From a virus (Duplodnaviria; Caudoviricetes): 64,000 nucleotides of DNA. A program made the position numbers and the translations under genes. Shown here piece after piece: positions 7,611-16,775 of the stretch. The notes below the pieces were generated by a model. The model did no database searches and had not been told where the DNA came from. It saw only the letters and a list, made by a program, of their open reading frames with translations. The stretch lies in the IMG/VR virus record IMGVR_UViG_3300032320_000838, positions 1 to 64,000 of that record. One strand, given 5' to 3'. Each line of letters starts with the position of its first letter. The first letter of the stretch is position 1.

Positions 7611-10194
7611 AAAGGGACTCCAGTGTATTAGATTTCTCGTGCTTCCAACCAATCACATTTGTGATCGTGGTAAGAGGTTCGAGAAAACTCTTCTCGAACT
7701 GCATATTATAGTCGATAAACCGCTCAAGATCAAGTTCCTTCGGGATGCTTCCTAGAAAAGAAACAACTCTGTCCCCAATAGTATTAGGAACCTTGAGATA
7801 CACGAACTTGATCTTCTCTCCATCCTTGATGACAGGATATTTCTTCTGCAACTTCTTCTGCTTTATGGCATGATTGTACAGAAGAGAACCCTTTACATGG
7901 ATGGGAGTAGACTTGCGATAGATTGTATTTGCATCGGCATACTCTGACATTCCCCTACAACTACGGGGAAAAGCAATCTTCTCCGCTGGCAACTTGTTAA
8001 ACTGCTCACGGAACTTCTCGACAAACGAAATAAGATTATCTTCATCACCATTCATAAGAATGTCGATTGCTTTCTTAAGACCATCTCGCACTATCTGTGG
8101 AGTCGATGATCTTGTGGTTTCGATTCCCATGATCTTCATTTCTGGCTTATCAAGAAGAACATCATCTTCACCCATATACACATTAAGCATATAACGCTTC
8201 TTGGCAGTCCATATTCCCTTGTTGCAGATAGACTCTCGCTTCATATTCATCTTCTGCTGATATGCGTTCATCATCAGTGCAAGTTCTTCATACTTCTTCT
8301 GAATGAATGGGGTCAGAGATGATTTGCAAGCCTTGTCCAAGAACTTTGCAACTTTTTGATAATCCTGAGAATGAACACCAGTTGGATAAACCTTATCAAC
8401 TAACTTGTCTAGACAGATGTAAACAGAATCAGTATCGCTGGCGATAATATAGTCCTGATCCGTTGTCTGACAGGTCTTATTGAGAAAATCATTTAGATGC
8501 TTCTCAATCCAACGAATAGACAACTGACCAGAGATGGTGATTGCTTCAGCAAGATCGAGGTCATAGTAGCGAAAGTATTGATTTCCTACAGCACCGAAAG
8601 CAGAGTTAAGTTGAATCTTACGAACCAACTGAAAGTTGTGATACTTGGAGATGTCGTTATTCAGTTGCTCGACTTCCTGCTTTGTAAGAGTATCTTTCTT
8701 CTCCTTCAGACTTCTCTTACATTCCAACATTAGTTTCTTGTAGTGCTTGCGCTCTTCGTACATACTCTCCATAAGAGATGCGAGGAACCCCTGCTTATCC
8801 TTACGGAAAGCAACACCATTCGCTGCGATTGACAAATCGTCACTTTTCGCAGCAGAGAGATAGTCGTGAGGATCTACGAATGTTTTCGTTTTTTCACCAT
8901 TCACCATACGAAGTATTGAGTCGGGAGATACACTTCCTCGACTATAAACGGGATTTTGGTGCTTCGTCTCAGGAGAGATGTTGTACTGCATTATGAGATG
9001 CGGATACAGAGAATCCAAGTCGAACGACACGATCCACTTGTGCATTCCTGTCTGCGGATCCTTCACATAACCACCAGCAAACTGCTCTTCCTTTTCCTCG
9101 GCATTCTTCTGAGGAATGACGATGTTGCGATCAGAAAGATAGTGATAGATGATGGCATCCCAAGTGCGAACCTGAGAGAACACATCATTAAAGTTCACCT
9201 TGGCGTTATACGCAAGAGCAATACCCAGTTCCAACAACCGAAGTTTCTTCTCCAACTTCACGACAAGTTCGACATCAATATAGTTGTATTCCACGAACTT
9301 GGCGAAGTCCTTCTTGTAGAACTCCTGAATGTTGGAGTAATCGTCATACGAGATCTTGTTCTCTCCAAGTTCCACGGATGCAATATGATCCAACTTGTAG
9401 GACTCGCGTGTGACGAAAGTGAACTTACGATACAGATCGAAGTAATCCATCGTGGCAATACCAACGATGTCATACACCGTATGCTCTTTCTGCATTACCG
9501 TGACTATGCGCGTCTTGAGAGTTTCCCAAGGGGACATTCTCTTCGACTCACCTTCACCAAGTACCTTCTCGATTCTGGAAAGAAGATACGGAATGTCATA
9601 GAACTGAATGTTCCAACCCGTGACAATATCACAATCCTGGTCACGCCACAGAGCAACAAATGCCTGAAGAAGTTCGTCTTCCTCTTCGTAGTCGATGACA
9701 ATATGATCTTCGGTCATCTTCTTGGCATTACCAAGACACAGAGTGTATGTCTTCTCCCTGTCTCCCTGCACGAAACGCATCGTGATGACATTCACCCTCT
9801 GATCACACTTCTCAATCGTAGGAAAACCATCCTCACACTCCACTTCGATGTCCAAGTAGCACACCTTGAGAGCGGAAGGGTTGTATTGTATTTCGCCAGG
9901 AAACTGATCGTGAATGAAAGTATAAGTGAAATCTGTGTTTCCATAGATCTCCACTCCATTCACATCTTCATACTGCTTGACGAATTCACGACACTCTCGT
10001 ATCGAACCAAAGTCGATACGATCAACATACTTACCCTCCAAAGTCGTCCAGTCCGTCTTCTTATCCGAAGGCCAGTAGAGATATGGATTGTAGTTTTCTA
10101 CGATGGTAGAACGAACAAAAGATCCGTTGTTGGACTTGTATCCGCGACAAAGGATCTTTTCTCCGCGCACAAAGGCGTGAGTGTAGAATATCAT
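7603..10194 (-). CDS. gp43: Family B DNA polymerase
   Basis: Exonuclease motifs DIEVEC, GWNIQFYD, YNYID. Polymerase motifs DLDSLYPH, KIQLNSAFG, SDTDS, KKRY. C-terminal clamp-binding peptide TLESLFG. Confidence 0.97.
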   Translation of the reverse strand: MIFYTHAFVRGEKILCRGYKSNNGSFVRSTIVENYNPYLYWPSDKKTDWTTLEGKYVDRIDFGSIRECREFVKQYEDVNGVEIYGNTDFTYTFIHDQFPGEIQYNPSALKVCYLDIEVECEDGFPTIEKCDQRVNVITMRFVQGDREKTYTLCLGNAKKMTEDHIVIDYEEEDELLQAFVALWRDQDCDIVTGWNIQFYDIPYLLSRIEKVLGEGESKRMSPWETLKTRIVTVMQKEHTVYDIVGIATMDYFDLYRKFTFVTRESYKLDHIASVELGENKISYDDYSNIQEFYKKDFAKFVEYNYIDVELVVKLEKKLRLLELGIALAYNAKVNFNDVFSQVRTWDAIIYHYLSDRNIVIPQKNAEEKEEQFAGGYVKDPQTGMHKWIVSFDLDSLYPHLIMQYNISPETKHQNPVYSRGSVSPDSILRMVNGEKTKTFVDPHDYLSAAKSDDLSIAANGVAFRKDKQGFLASLMESMYEERKHYKKLMLECKRSLKEKKDTLTKQEVEQLNNDISKYHNFQLVRKIQLNSAFGAVGNQYFRYYDLDLAEAITISGQLSIRWIEKHLNDFLNKTCQTTDQDYIIASDTDSVYICLDKLVDKVYPTGVHSQDYQKVAKFLDKACKSSLTPFIQKKYEELALMMNAYQQKMNMKRESICNKGIWTAKKRYMLNVYMGEDDVLLDKPEMKIMGIETTRSSTPQIVRDGLKKAIDILMNGDEDNLISFVEKFREQFNKLPAEKIAFPRSCRGMSEYADANTIYRKSTPIHVKGSLLYNHAIKQKKLQKKYPVIKDGEKIKFVYLKVPNTIGDRVVSFLGSIPKELDLERFIDYNMQFEKSFLEPLTTITNVIGWKHEKSNTLESLFG

Positions 10195-10613
10195 TTTCTG
10201 TTCTTGCAGCAACCGTTGTTGAGGTATGGCGACTCGTTCAGCAGTCTTGGCTCAATATAAATGGGGGTTTCTTTTGTATCTTCTTGTTTGTTTTCAGCAT
10301 CTTTGTCCGCAATATAAGCAGACAAAAGAACCATATAGTTAATGACATCAAGTATAGCATCCTCATGTGTTTCGTTATCCACCGTGAGTTTGCCTTCATT
10401 AATAAATGTGGAAAGTCTTGATATCTTATCCGTTACTCTCAACAATATACCGGCTTCAGTGGAACATAGGTTAAAAATCTCACCTTTTCTGAAGTTAGAA
10501 TAGGGATCAGAACCGCTTGCATAATCGTGGTTTTTCTTTTTTAATATCTCAAATGCTTTATTTGTTAATTGATTGTGAGTATCGTATAGTTTTTGTCGTT
10601 TATTGTTCATCAT
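10191..10613 (-). CDS. DUF1599/Nmad1-like all-alpha nucleotide-pyrophosphatase-fold protein
   Basis: KKKNHDYASG..NF, LRVTDKISRL, EDAILDVINY pattern. Its stop overlaps the gp43 start (ATGA). Confidence 0.7.
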   Translation of the reverse strand: MMNNKRQKLYDTHNQLTNKAFEILKKKNHDYASGSDPYSNFRKGEIFNLCSTEAGILLRVTDKISRLSTFINEGKLTVDNETHEDAILDVINYMVLLSAYIADKDAENKQEDTKETPIYIEPRLLNESPYLNNGCCKNRK

Positions 10614-11193
10614 AAGACCATCCTAATATATTGTTTCTACACCTATACCTCAAAGTGCTAGCCGGAATACCAGTTTCCGCAGAGGCTTCGTATGTGCTGT
10701 TCCACTTTTTATCTCCGTGTATTGGGCATTTTCCTTTGGATTTGCCCATTATACTCATAGATTTTAATCTATCATCCGACCAAGGTCCAATTTTTTCTCT
10801 CTTCATTCTTTCTTGAAGATCTTTTTGGTATTGTTCAGAAAAGAAAAATGTTTTAGACTCTTTTCTAGATTCGACTGAGGCTTTTGCACCTAAATCCGGT
10901 CTTCTATTTGCAGAAAGATTTATAGAGGAAGATTTTCTTTTTTTGTCGGAAATCGAACTTCCTCCTTTTTTACCAGCGACGGCCGCGCCAGATATAAATT
11001 TTCCATGGCGACAAACAGGATCATTCTGTTGTAGATGTATCTGATAATGCTCCTCTGGAGAAACCATTATTAAATTTTTCGGATCATTATTTTGTCTGTT
11101 TCCATCAATATGATGGATATGAAAACCTTTAGGTATTTTTACATTATAAAACTGTTCGTATATTTTTCTATACACTCTGGATTGTATCTTCAT
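10600..11193 (-). CDS. Free-standing HNH homing endonuclease
   Basis: YRKIYEQF...IPKGFHIHHIDGNRQNNDPKNL..EEHYQIH, with a C-terminal HTH-like tail (SAYEASAETGIPASTLRYR type). AT-rich; GGAGG RBS. Confidence 0.85.
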   Translation of the reverse strand: MKIQSRVYRKIYEQFYNVKIPKGFHIHHIDGNRQNNDPKNLIMVSPEEHYQIHLQQNDPVCRHGKFISGAAVAGKKGGSSISDKKRKSSSINLSANRRPDLGAKASVESRKESKTFFFSEQYQKDLQERMKREKIGPWSDDRLKSMSIMGKSKGKCPIHGDKKWNSTYEASAETGIPASTLRYRCRNNILGWSYDEQ

Positions 11194-11208
11194 ATAGACC
11201 TCCAGATG

Positions 11209-11216
11209 TATGTATA
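11209..11216 (-). promoter_or_regulatory. Late promoter variant TATACATA
   Basis: Intergenic, upstream of the HNH RBS. The same 8-mer lies upstream of gp18. Confidence 0.5.
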
Positions 11217-11240
11217 CTTTTTAGTAGTTAGACTGTTCGA

Positions 11241-11762
11241 TCACACTCCTGTGGATCCAAATCCACCATTACGATCAGTTTTCTGAACTGGTTTAGTATA
11301 ACACTCATTCATCGCGTAGTCAAGTGTTTTTACGAGTTCTCCCTGTGCAATTCTATCTCCATGCTTTATCGTCACTCGACCAAGCGAATCGTTTTTCACC
11401 ATAACGAAACACTCTTCCACATAATCCTCATCAATCACTCCTTCCGAGTTTGCCAATACTAGTCCTTGCTTAAATGACAACCCAGATCTTGCGTGTATTC
11501 TCACGGAGTGTCCATAAGGAATATCAAATATCAATCCAGTAGGAATAAGGACTCGGAAATATGATGGGATGGTGATTTGTGGTATGTTGTTTTCATCAAA
11601 AGAACAACACTCCAGATCCATAGGTTCATTCATGGCGGTAAACGCTTTGAGTTTAGAACCATCCAGGCATGCCGATATATCGAAGCAGGCCGAGTGTTTT
11701 GTAGCAAACGATGGGGACTTAGCGGTGTCTCTTGTCTTATAGAAACTCAGCAAATTTGGCAT
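11241..11762 (-). CDS. dut: Trimeric dUTPase
   Basis: ACFDI, IPTGL, ARSGL, GVIDEDY, GDRIAQG, RNGGFGSTG. Confidence 0.95.
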   Translation of the reverse strand: MPNLLSFYKTRDTAKSPSFATKHSACFDISACLDGSKLKAFTAMNEPMDLECCSFDENNIPQITIPSYFRVLIPTGLIFDIPYGHSVRIHARSGLSFKQGLVLANSEGVIDEDYVEECFVMVKNDSLGRVTIKHGDRIAQGELVKTLDYAMNECYTKPVQKTDRNGGFGSTGV

Positions 11763-11765
11763 ATT

Positions 11766-12245
11766 TTAAATCTCACAAATAACTATTGTTTCTGTTGGTT
11801 CCGTCACAGTATCTATGGTGTAACTAGTGGGATCGACTAACGAAATCATTTGTAGAACTTCATTTTCATCAAAAGTCAGCATCTTTCCGCTTCTTGGAAA
11901 TGGCTTGATTGTGGAGAACACGACATACTTCTTGGCACGCTTTGATCCTTTTGCAAGAAGTTCTCGACACTGCTCCTTGTCACCATAGGCAAATACACCA
12001 AAAAAACATACAAGATCGTATTTCTTTCTTGCAGGAATAGAAGTATATGTCTTGCAGTTACAGAGAGCAAGAGATTCCTCTCTGATGTCCATCGCTTCAT
12101 ATGATATGTCACCAAGAACATTCTGCAATAGACAAGGACCAGATCCGACATCAAGAACAGAAGAAAACTCCAGGCGATTCAGAACAGAAAACCGTCTGAG
12201 ATCGCCTGGAGAATATCCTACATCTTTTGCGTTTTTATACATCAT
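11766..12245 (-). CDS. Small class I SAM-dependent methyltransferase, substrate unknown
   Basis: VLDVGSG motif I, acidic MDIREE, YDLVCFFGVF. Confidence 0.75.
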   Translation of the reverse strand: MMYKNAKDVGYSPGDLRRFSVLNRLEFSSVLDVGSGPCLLQNVLGDISYEAMDIREESLALCNCKTYTSIPARKKYDLVCFFGVFAYGDKEQCRELLAKGSKRAKKYVVFSTIKPFPRSGKMLTFDENEVLQMISLVDPTSYTIDTVTEPTETIVICEI

Positions 12246-12516
12246 CTGCAAAGATAAAATCACCAAGTGTCTTTATGAATTGATACACTTGGGCAATGTC
12301 GAGGCTTGATGGAAAATACTGCTGAACCATTTCAGCAGAGACATCGTACTCAAGAACCTTTAATGGACTTGCCATATTATCTCTTGCATCCTTGTCGTAG
12401 TAACCAGAGACAACCACATGGGCAGTTCCATGAAGACTGTCGAGTGAAATATCAGTGATCTTCCAATATGACGCAACTACTCCGTAATCGGTTCCGATTT
12501 GCTTGAAGAGTGCCAT
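12235..12516 (-). CDS. Small putative virion-associated protein
   Basis: ATG at 12516 overlaps the upstream TAA (TAATG). MALFKQIGTDYGVVASYWKI... Confidence 0.65.
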   Translation of the reverse strand: MALFKQIGTDYGVVASYWKITDISLDSLHGTAHVVVSGYYDKDARDNMASPLKVLEYDVSAEMVQQYFPSSLDIAQVYQFIKTLGDFIFADDV

Positions 12517-13991
12517 TATTCGAAGTATCCATTCACCATTACTTGACCTCTCCATACGAGGGAGGCAGTTGCTGCACCGTTGAGTTGCTTGAGAATGATG
12601 TGCATATATGTACCAGCAGGAACAACAAGTGGAGCATCAGTAAACTGCACATCGAAGCCTGGTGCCATGGTTCCTAGTGGTGCTGCTGCAAGGAAACTTT
12701 GGACTCCTAGCGGAACTCTCTTTGGCGCTACAGATGCTGACGCATCGGTGGTGGCAAGTGATACGGCAGATGATCCAACACCTGCTGCCCAGAAGAATGT
12801 TGTGGCATTTACGGCAGCAGCACCTGTCACAACAAGACCACAAACACGAATTGATGTGATATAGAGTGTCTTGCCTGGAAGTGCGTTGGTTCCAGTAGGA
12901 TTTTGATATCCAAACATTATCCAATCGGTTTCGTTGGTTGCGTTTGCTGCAAGTGCAAATTGACCACCCAAAGTAGAATATCCCTGTCCAGCACCGCCAG
13001 CCGCAGTATTTGACGGAGAAGTAATTGATACAGGAGCAGTAGAATTGTTCCAGTTTGCAGTCTGTGCAGGTGTAGATCCCAATTGATTTTGATAAGCACC
13101 TTGTCCAAGACCGCAAAGAGCATGTGACCAAGGCTTATTATTATGTTGATCGCCCAAAGAGACATTGAGGAATCCAATTTCAACACGGCGACCAGTAGAT
13201 GAAATACCAGTATTGTAGACGCGAGTGAAGATTGGTTGTGATGCGGATGATGTCAAGGATGGTTGTGCATCTGGACATCCAATTGACGCTACAAGAGTGT
13301 CATTCACCCAAAAGTTTGCAATGTCATTGTGAATAACGATGAGGAAGTGATTACACTCAGAAGGATCATATGCTCCAACACCAGATCGGACAGCAACATT
13401 GGTGGTATCAATTGTCGCTTCGGTTTCAGTACCACCGAAGTTCACGACTGCCTTGAGAACACCAGAAGTGTTTCTGCGGAAGAACACACCATCAGTCGGT
13501 GCTGTCGTGGTTGCAGCGTATCCAAGACCCCATTCGGAGATAGCATTCGTTGCATTGTGATTACCTTCACGAATCCATAGGTCGGTGTAGGTTGGATAGG
13601 TTCCATAGAGTGGGAAAGTACGGCGTGTGGTGACGACAGCATAGTTACCGTTTGCAGTTGCGTTACCGCTATTTAAAACAAAGTAACCAGACGCTTGGTT
13701 AGTTGTCATCGTTGAAAGAGACTGATTTATAATATGTGTAGCGATGGTAGTACCTTCAAACGATTGATTGTATAGCGTTTGATCAAGACCCACACGAAGA
13801 CGAAAATCGTCCGATGCTTCTAGCGGAATCACGGTGCGTGTTCCAAGAACATCGCCAGGATCTGCCTCTGTTGAGAGTTGCACGAAACCCGCATTGATTT
13901 CTGTCTGTGGAGTCACTACTTGTAACTCGTATGTTGCACTGACATTCGCAAGACCCGCCGAATTGTTTCCACCTTTAATTTGAACGCCCAT
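12516..13991 (-). CDS. Putative virion/receptor-binding beta-sandwich protein
   Basis: AAGGAG RBS before the ATG at 13991. T/A/G/S-rich beta composition; end of the fibre island. Confidence 0.6.
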   Translation of the reverse strand: MGVQIKGGNNSAGLANVSATYELQVVTPQTEINAGFVQLSTEADPGDVLGTRTVIPLEASDDFRLRVGLDQTLYNQSFEGTTIATHIINQSLSTMTTNQASGYFVLNSGNATANGNYAVVTTRRTFPLYGTYPTYTDLWIREGNHNATNAISEWGLGYAATTTAPTDGVFFRRNTSGVLKAVVNFGGTETEATIDTTNVAVRSGVGAYDPSECNHFLIVIHNDIANFWVNDTLVASIGCPDAQPSLTSSASQPIFTRVYNTGISSTGRRVEIGFLNVSLGDQHNNKPWSHALCGLGQGAYQNQLGSTPAQTANWNNSTAPVSITSPSNTAAGGAGQGYSTLGGQFALAANATNETDWIMFGYQNPTGTNALPGKTLYITSIRVCGLVVTGAAAVNATTFFWAAGVGSSAVSLATTDASASVAPKRVPLGVQSFLAAAPLGTMAPGFDVQFTDAPLVVPAGTYMHIILKQLNGAATASLVWRGQVMVNGYFE

Positions 13992-14003
13992 TATCAATTC
14001 TCC

Positions 14004-16505
14004 TTATTGTGCAAAGCACTTTACTGTATATTTTCCGTATGTTCCGTTTGGTGCGTAACCTATTATATCGAATCCTGTACCAACTACAAGATTATTTATC
14101 TCGAATTTGACTTCTTCTAATACTGCATCCTCTACATCGTGATCAGTTGATGTTCCGCCAAGAAGTCTACATGATATGCAAGAATCAGATGCAACCCAAG
14201 ACTGTCCTGTTACTGTTTTAACAACATAAGTTTCTGGTTTATGATATAAATTAATATTTGTTATTGAAGTCCAATATTCTAAAGGAACAGTTGGAGTTTG
14301 AATATAAACAGCATTTATAGTTTCAGCAATAACACCTTCCGCAGTTGTGCTTGTACCACCAACAAATGGTGGTTTTATTACTAATCTTGCTGACCACCCA
14401 TTTGTATCATCATAAAATGATTCGATACTTTCTAACTCACATGAGATGTAGGATGCTGTTCCCGTATCTATTGTTACTGGGGTATTTTCAATACCATATT
14501 TTTCTATATTTTGCAAAGAGGTATTAAAATCTACACCTAAACCATATATTGTTAATTGTATTTGATTAATGTTTACTGAAAAATCAACGGTTTGTGTCGT
14601 GGAAGTAGATACCACGGTCTGTGCAGTTAATCTTCCACCGACAGTAAGCGAATCTGTTGTTTTATTATAAGTAAGACCAGAATCACCACCAAGAGAGGTT
14701 CCACCATCATTAAACTGAACCTGAGTATTAGATCCTGCTGCTCCAGCGGACGCGCTGGCCCAAGAAAGCGTACCCGAACCATTTGTGGTCAATACCTGTC
14801 CATTACTTCCATTAGTGGTTGGGAAGGTATATAAACCAGTTCCCGTATCAAATGTAATTGTTCCTGCACTATCATTAACTGTCAATATAGTGCTGTTGCC
14901 CACACCATCAACATCACCTATTTGAATAGGACTACCTGATGTATTACACTTGATATTCATTCCGTTAGCAGAACCATCTGTAAGATTGGAATAGAATAAC
15001 ATTCCAGAACCAGTTCTTGAGAATGATATGTTTCCGTTACAGAGATTTATTACAGCACCGTTGGCATTTGTTCCAAGATTTACGGTGGTTGCAGCGGCGG
15101 TTCCCACATTGATAGTGGTTGCATTATTGTTGTACAAAGATGCCGAGCCTGTGGTAGTTGTTGTAATATCTCCACCGTTTACTGCAATATCTCCAGCAAG
15201 TGTAACACTGTCGGTTGTCTTGTTGTAAGTGAAACCGGCATCACCACCAAAAGTGCTACCATCATTAAACTGTACATAAGTATCAGAACCACCAGGCGAA
15301 CCAGAACCAGATACAGTCGCCCACTGTAGGGTTGCATCATTTCCTGCAACTGAAGCAATCTGCAATACTTGATTTGCAGATCCTACTGCGGATGGAAGCG
15401 TATAGATGTTGTTGTTAGATACTGTTGCTGGAGCCTGAAAGGCGACATAGTTGGAGGAATCTGAATCAGCAAGACGCAAATCTCCCTGCGAACCTATCTG
15501 TAGGTTCGTACCGTCAAAAATTAGATCAGCATCACCCTTGAGGTTCTTAGTACCACTGTCATAGAACTGAATTTGCTGATTTGTAGGAGATGCCATAACA
15601 CCAACAGTTCCACCAGCATCTGGTAGAGTGATCGTCCTATCAGCAGTAGGATCCTCGACAGTTAATGTGGTTTCGTTAGTATTGTTCGTTGCTCCTTCAA
15701 ATATGATGTTTACAGGAGTAAAAGTAGCATCATCTGCTGTCTTTCGAGCAAGAAAAAGATCTCCACCAGCAATCTCGACTACACCTGTTGCTCCATCTGT
15801 ATTCTCCACAGTAATAGAGGGAATGCTTCCTTGGAACAAAATACCCGTAGTGGGTGCAAGAATAACCTCACCATAAGGAGATATGGTTATATGATTGGTA
15901 GATCCGCTATTTGTAACTACACTGGATGCTGTGTTTCCTAATGTTAAAGTAGCATTTCTTATTGCAGCAGTTCCGCTCGTTGCTCCCATCGTCAGAGTGG
16001 TTGCAGCACCACCAACACTTAAATTAGTAACGGTAGTATTGAAGACCGTAGCAGTGGTGGCACTTGTGGTTATGTCACCACCGTTTACTGCTAAATCTAA
16101 TGTAGTTGTGAGATTGTTCCTCACCAGTGTAGTGCCAGTGGTTGCACCAAAAGTCAGAGTGGTTGCGCTACGAAATGCTGTAGCGTTGGTTATGGACGCA
16201 CCATCAAGCAAGGCAACAGTGGATGCCGTACTAGTAATATCTCCACCGTTGACGGCGAGATCACCAGTAACAGTCAGAGTATCCGTTGTCTTGTTGTATG
16301 TAAGACCCGAATCGCCACCCATCACTCCACCATCATTAAACTGTACTTGAGTATCGGAACCGCCAGGAGCAGAACCAATAAGATCGCCGCTACCACCAGC
16401 ATTACCGATGTATATTCTTTTGTTAGTGGTGTCTACTGCCAACTCGTATTCAGTCAGTCCTGTAGATGGTGCTCCCGATCCTCGTTTTGGTTTGATAGTT
16501 GCCAT
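14004..16505 (-). CDS. Fibre-like protein with Mtd_N-like head and three QFNDGG..GGD.G.TYNKTTD repeats
   Basis: Starts MATIKPKRG...ELAVDTTNKRIYIG; internal repeats; Thr/Gly-rich. Confidence 0.75.
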   Translation of the reverse strand: MATIKPKRGSGAPSTGLTEYELAVDTTNKRIYIGNAGGSGDLIGSAPGGSDTQVQFNDGGVMGGDSGLTYNKTTDTLTVTGDLAVNGGDITSTASTVALLDGASITNATAFRSATTLTFGATTGTTLVRNNLTTTLDLAVNGGDITTSATTATVFNTTVTNLSVGGAATTLTMGATSGTAAIRNATLTLGNTASSVVTNSGSTNHITISPYGEVILAPTTGILFQGSIPSITVENTDGATGVVEIAGGDLFLARKTADDATFTPVNIIFEGATNNTNETTLTVEDPTADRTITLPDAGGTVGVMASPTNQQIQFYDSGTKNLKGDADLIFDGTNLQIGSQGDLRLADSDSSNYVAFQAPATVSNNNIYTLPSAVGSANQVLQIASVAGNDATLQWATVSGSGSPGGSDTYVQFNDGSTFGGDAGFTYNKTTDSVTLAGDIAVNGGDITTTTTGSASLYNNNATTINVGTAAATTVNLGTNANGAVINLCNGNISFSRTGSGMLFYSNLTDGSANGMNIKCNTSGSPIQIGDVDGVGNSTILTVNDSAGTITFDTGTGLYTFPTTNGSNGQVLTTNGSGTLSWASASAGAAGSNTQVQFNDGGTSLGGDSGLTYNKTTDSLTVGGRLTAQTVVSTSTTQTVDFSVNINQIQLTIYGLGVDFNTSLQNIEKYGIENTPVTIDTGTASYISCELESIESFYDDTNGWSARLVIKPPFVGGTSTTAEGVIAETINAVYIQTPTVPLEYWTSITNINLYHKPETYVVKTVTGQSWVASDSCISCRLLGGTSTDHDVEDAVLEEVKFEINNLVVGTGFDIIGYAPNGTYGKYTVKCFAQ
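14652..16367. repeat. Three dispersed ~85-nt coding repeats (14652-14735, 15211-15297, 16282-16367)
   Basis: Each encodes GS(D/N)T(Q/Y)VQFNDG..GGD(S/A)G(L/F)TYNKTTD; all share ACCATCATTAAACTG on the plus strand. Confidence 0.85.
15637..15662. repeat. 26-nt exact repeat, copy 1 (copy 2 at 22162-22187)
   Basis: CTATCAGCAGTAGGATCCTCGACAGT inside the shared module PVNIIFEG..ETTLTVEDPTADRTITLP..GTVGV. Confidence 0.9.
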
Positions 16506-16531
16506 TATTTCTCCAGAATATAAAGATCAAA

Positions 16532-16750
16532 TCAGTATGTCTGACCGTCTAGTGATTCTTCCTTCTTCTTGGACTTCTTTTGTCCTTCTACCTTTGCTTG
16601 CAGTGCTTCAACCTTTGCCTGTAGATCTCTGTTTTTGGCCTGTTCTACAAGCAAATTTACTTCCAAAACAAGATTGTTATTCACAAGATCTTGATATTTC
16701 TTCTGTAAGACAGGTATGACTACTGTTTCACTATAGTTCACTTCGCTCAT
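16532..16750 (-). CDS. Small coiled-coil protein (possible fibre chaperone or adaptor)
   Basis: Heptad-like LQAKVEALQAKVE; AGGAG RBS; ends LDGQTY. Confidence 0.7.
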   Translation of the reverse strand: MSEVNYSETVVIPVLQKKYQDLVNNNLVLEVNLLVEQAKNRDLQAKVEALQAKVEGQKKSKKKEESLDGQTY

Positions 16751-16768
16751 TATAAATCTCCTTTACAT

Positions 16769-16775
16769 TATGTAT
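16769..16775 (-). promoter_or_regulatory. Late promoter variant ATACATA
   Basis: Intergenic, upstream of the AGGAG RBS of 16532..16750. Confidence 0.4.

Noticed and set aside
8956-10260. 434-aa plus-strand ORF
   Set aside because: Codon-aligned mirror frame of gp43; it reflects avoidance of TTA/CTA/TCA in the sense gene. No RBS or recognisable motifs.
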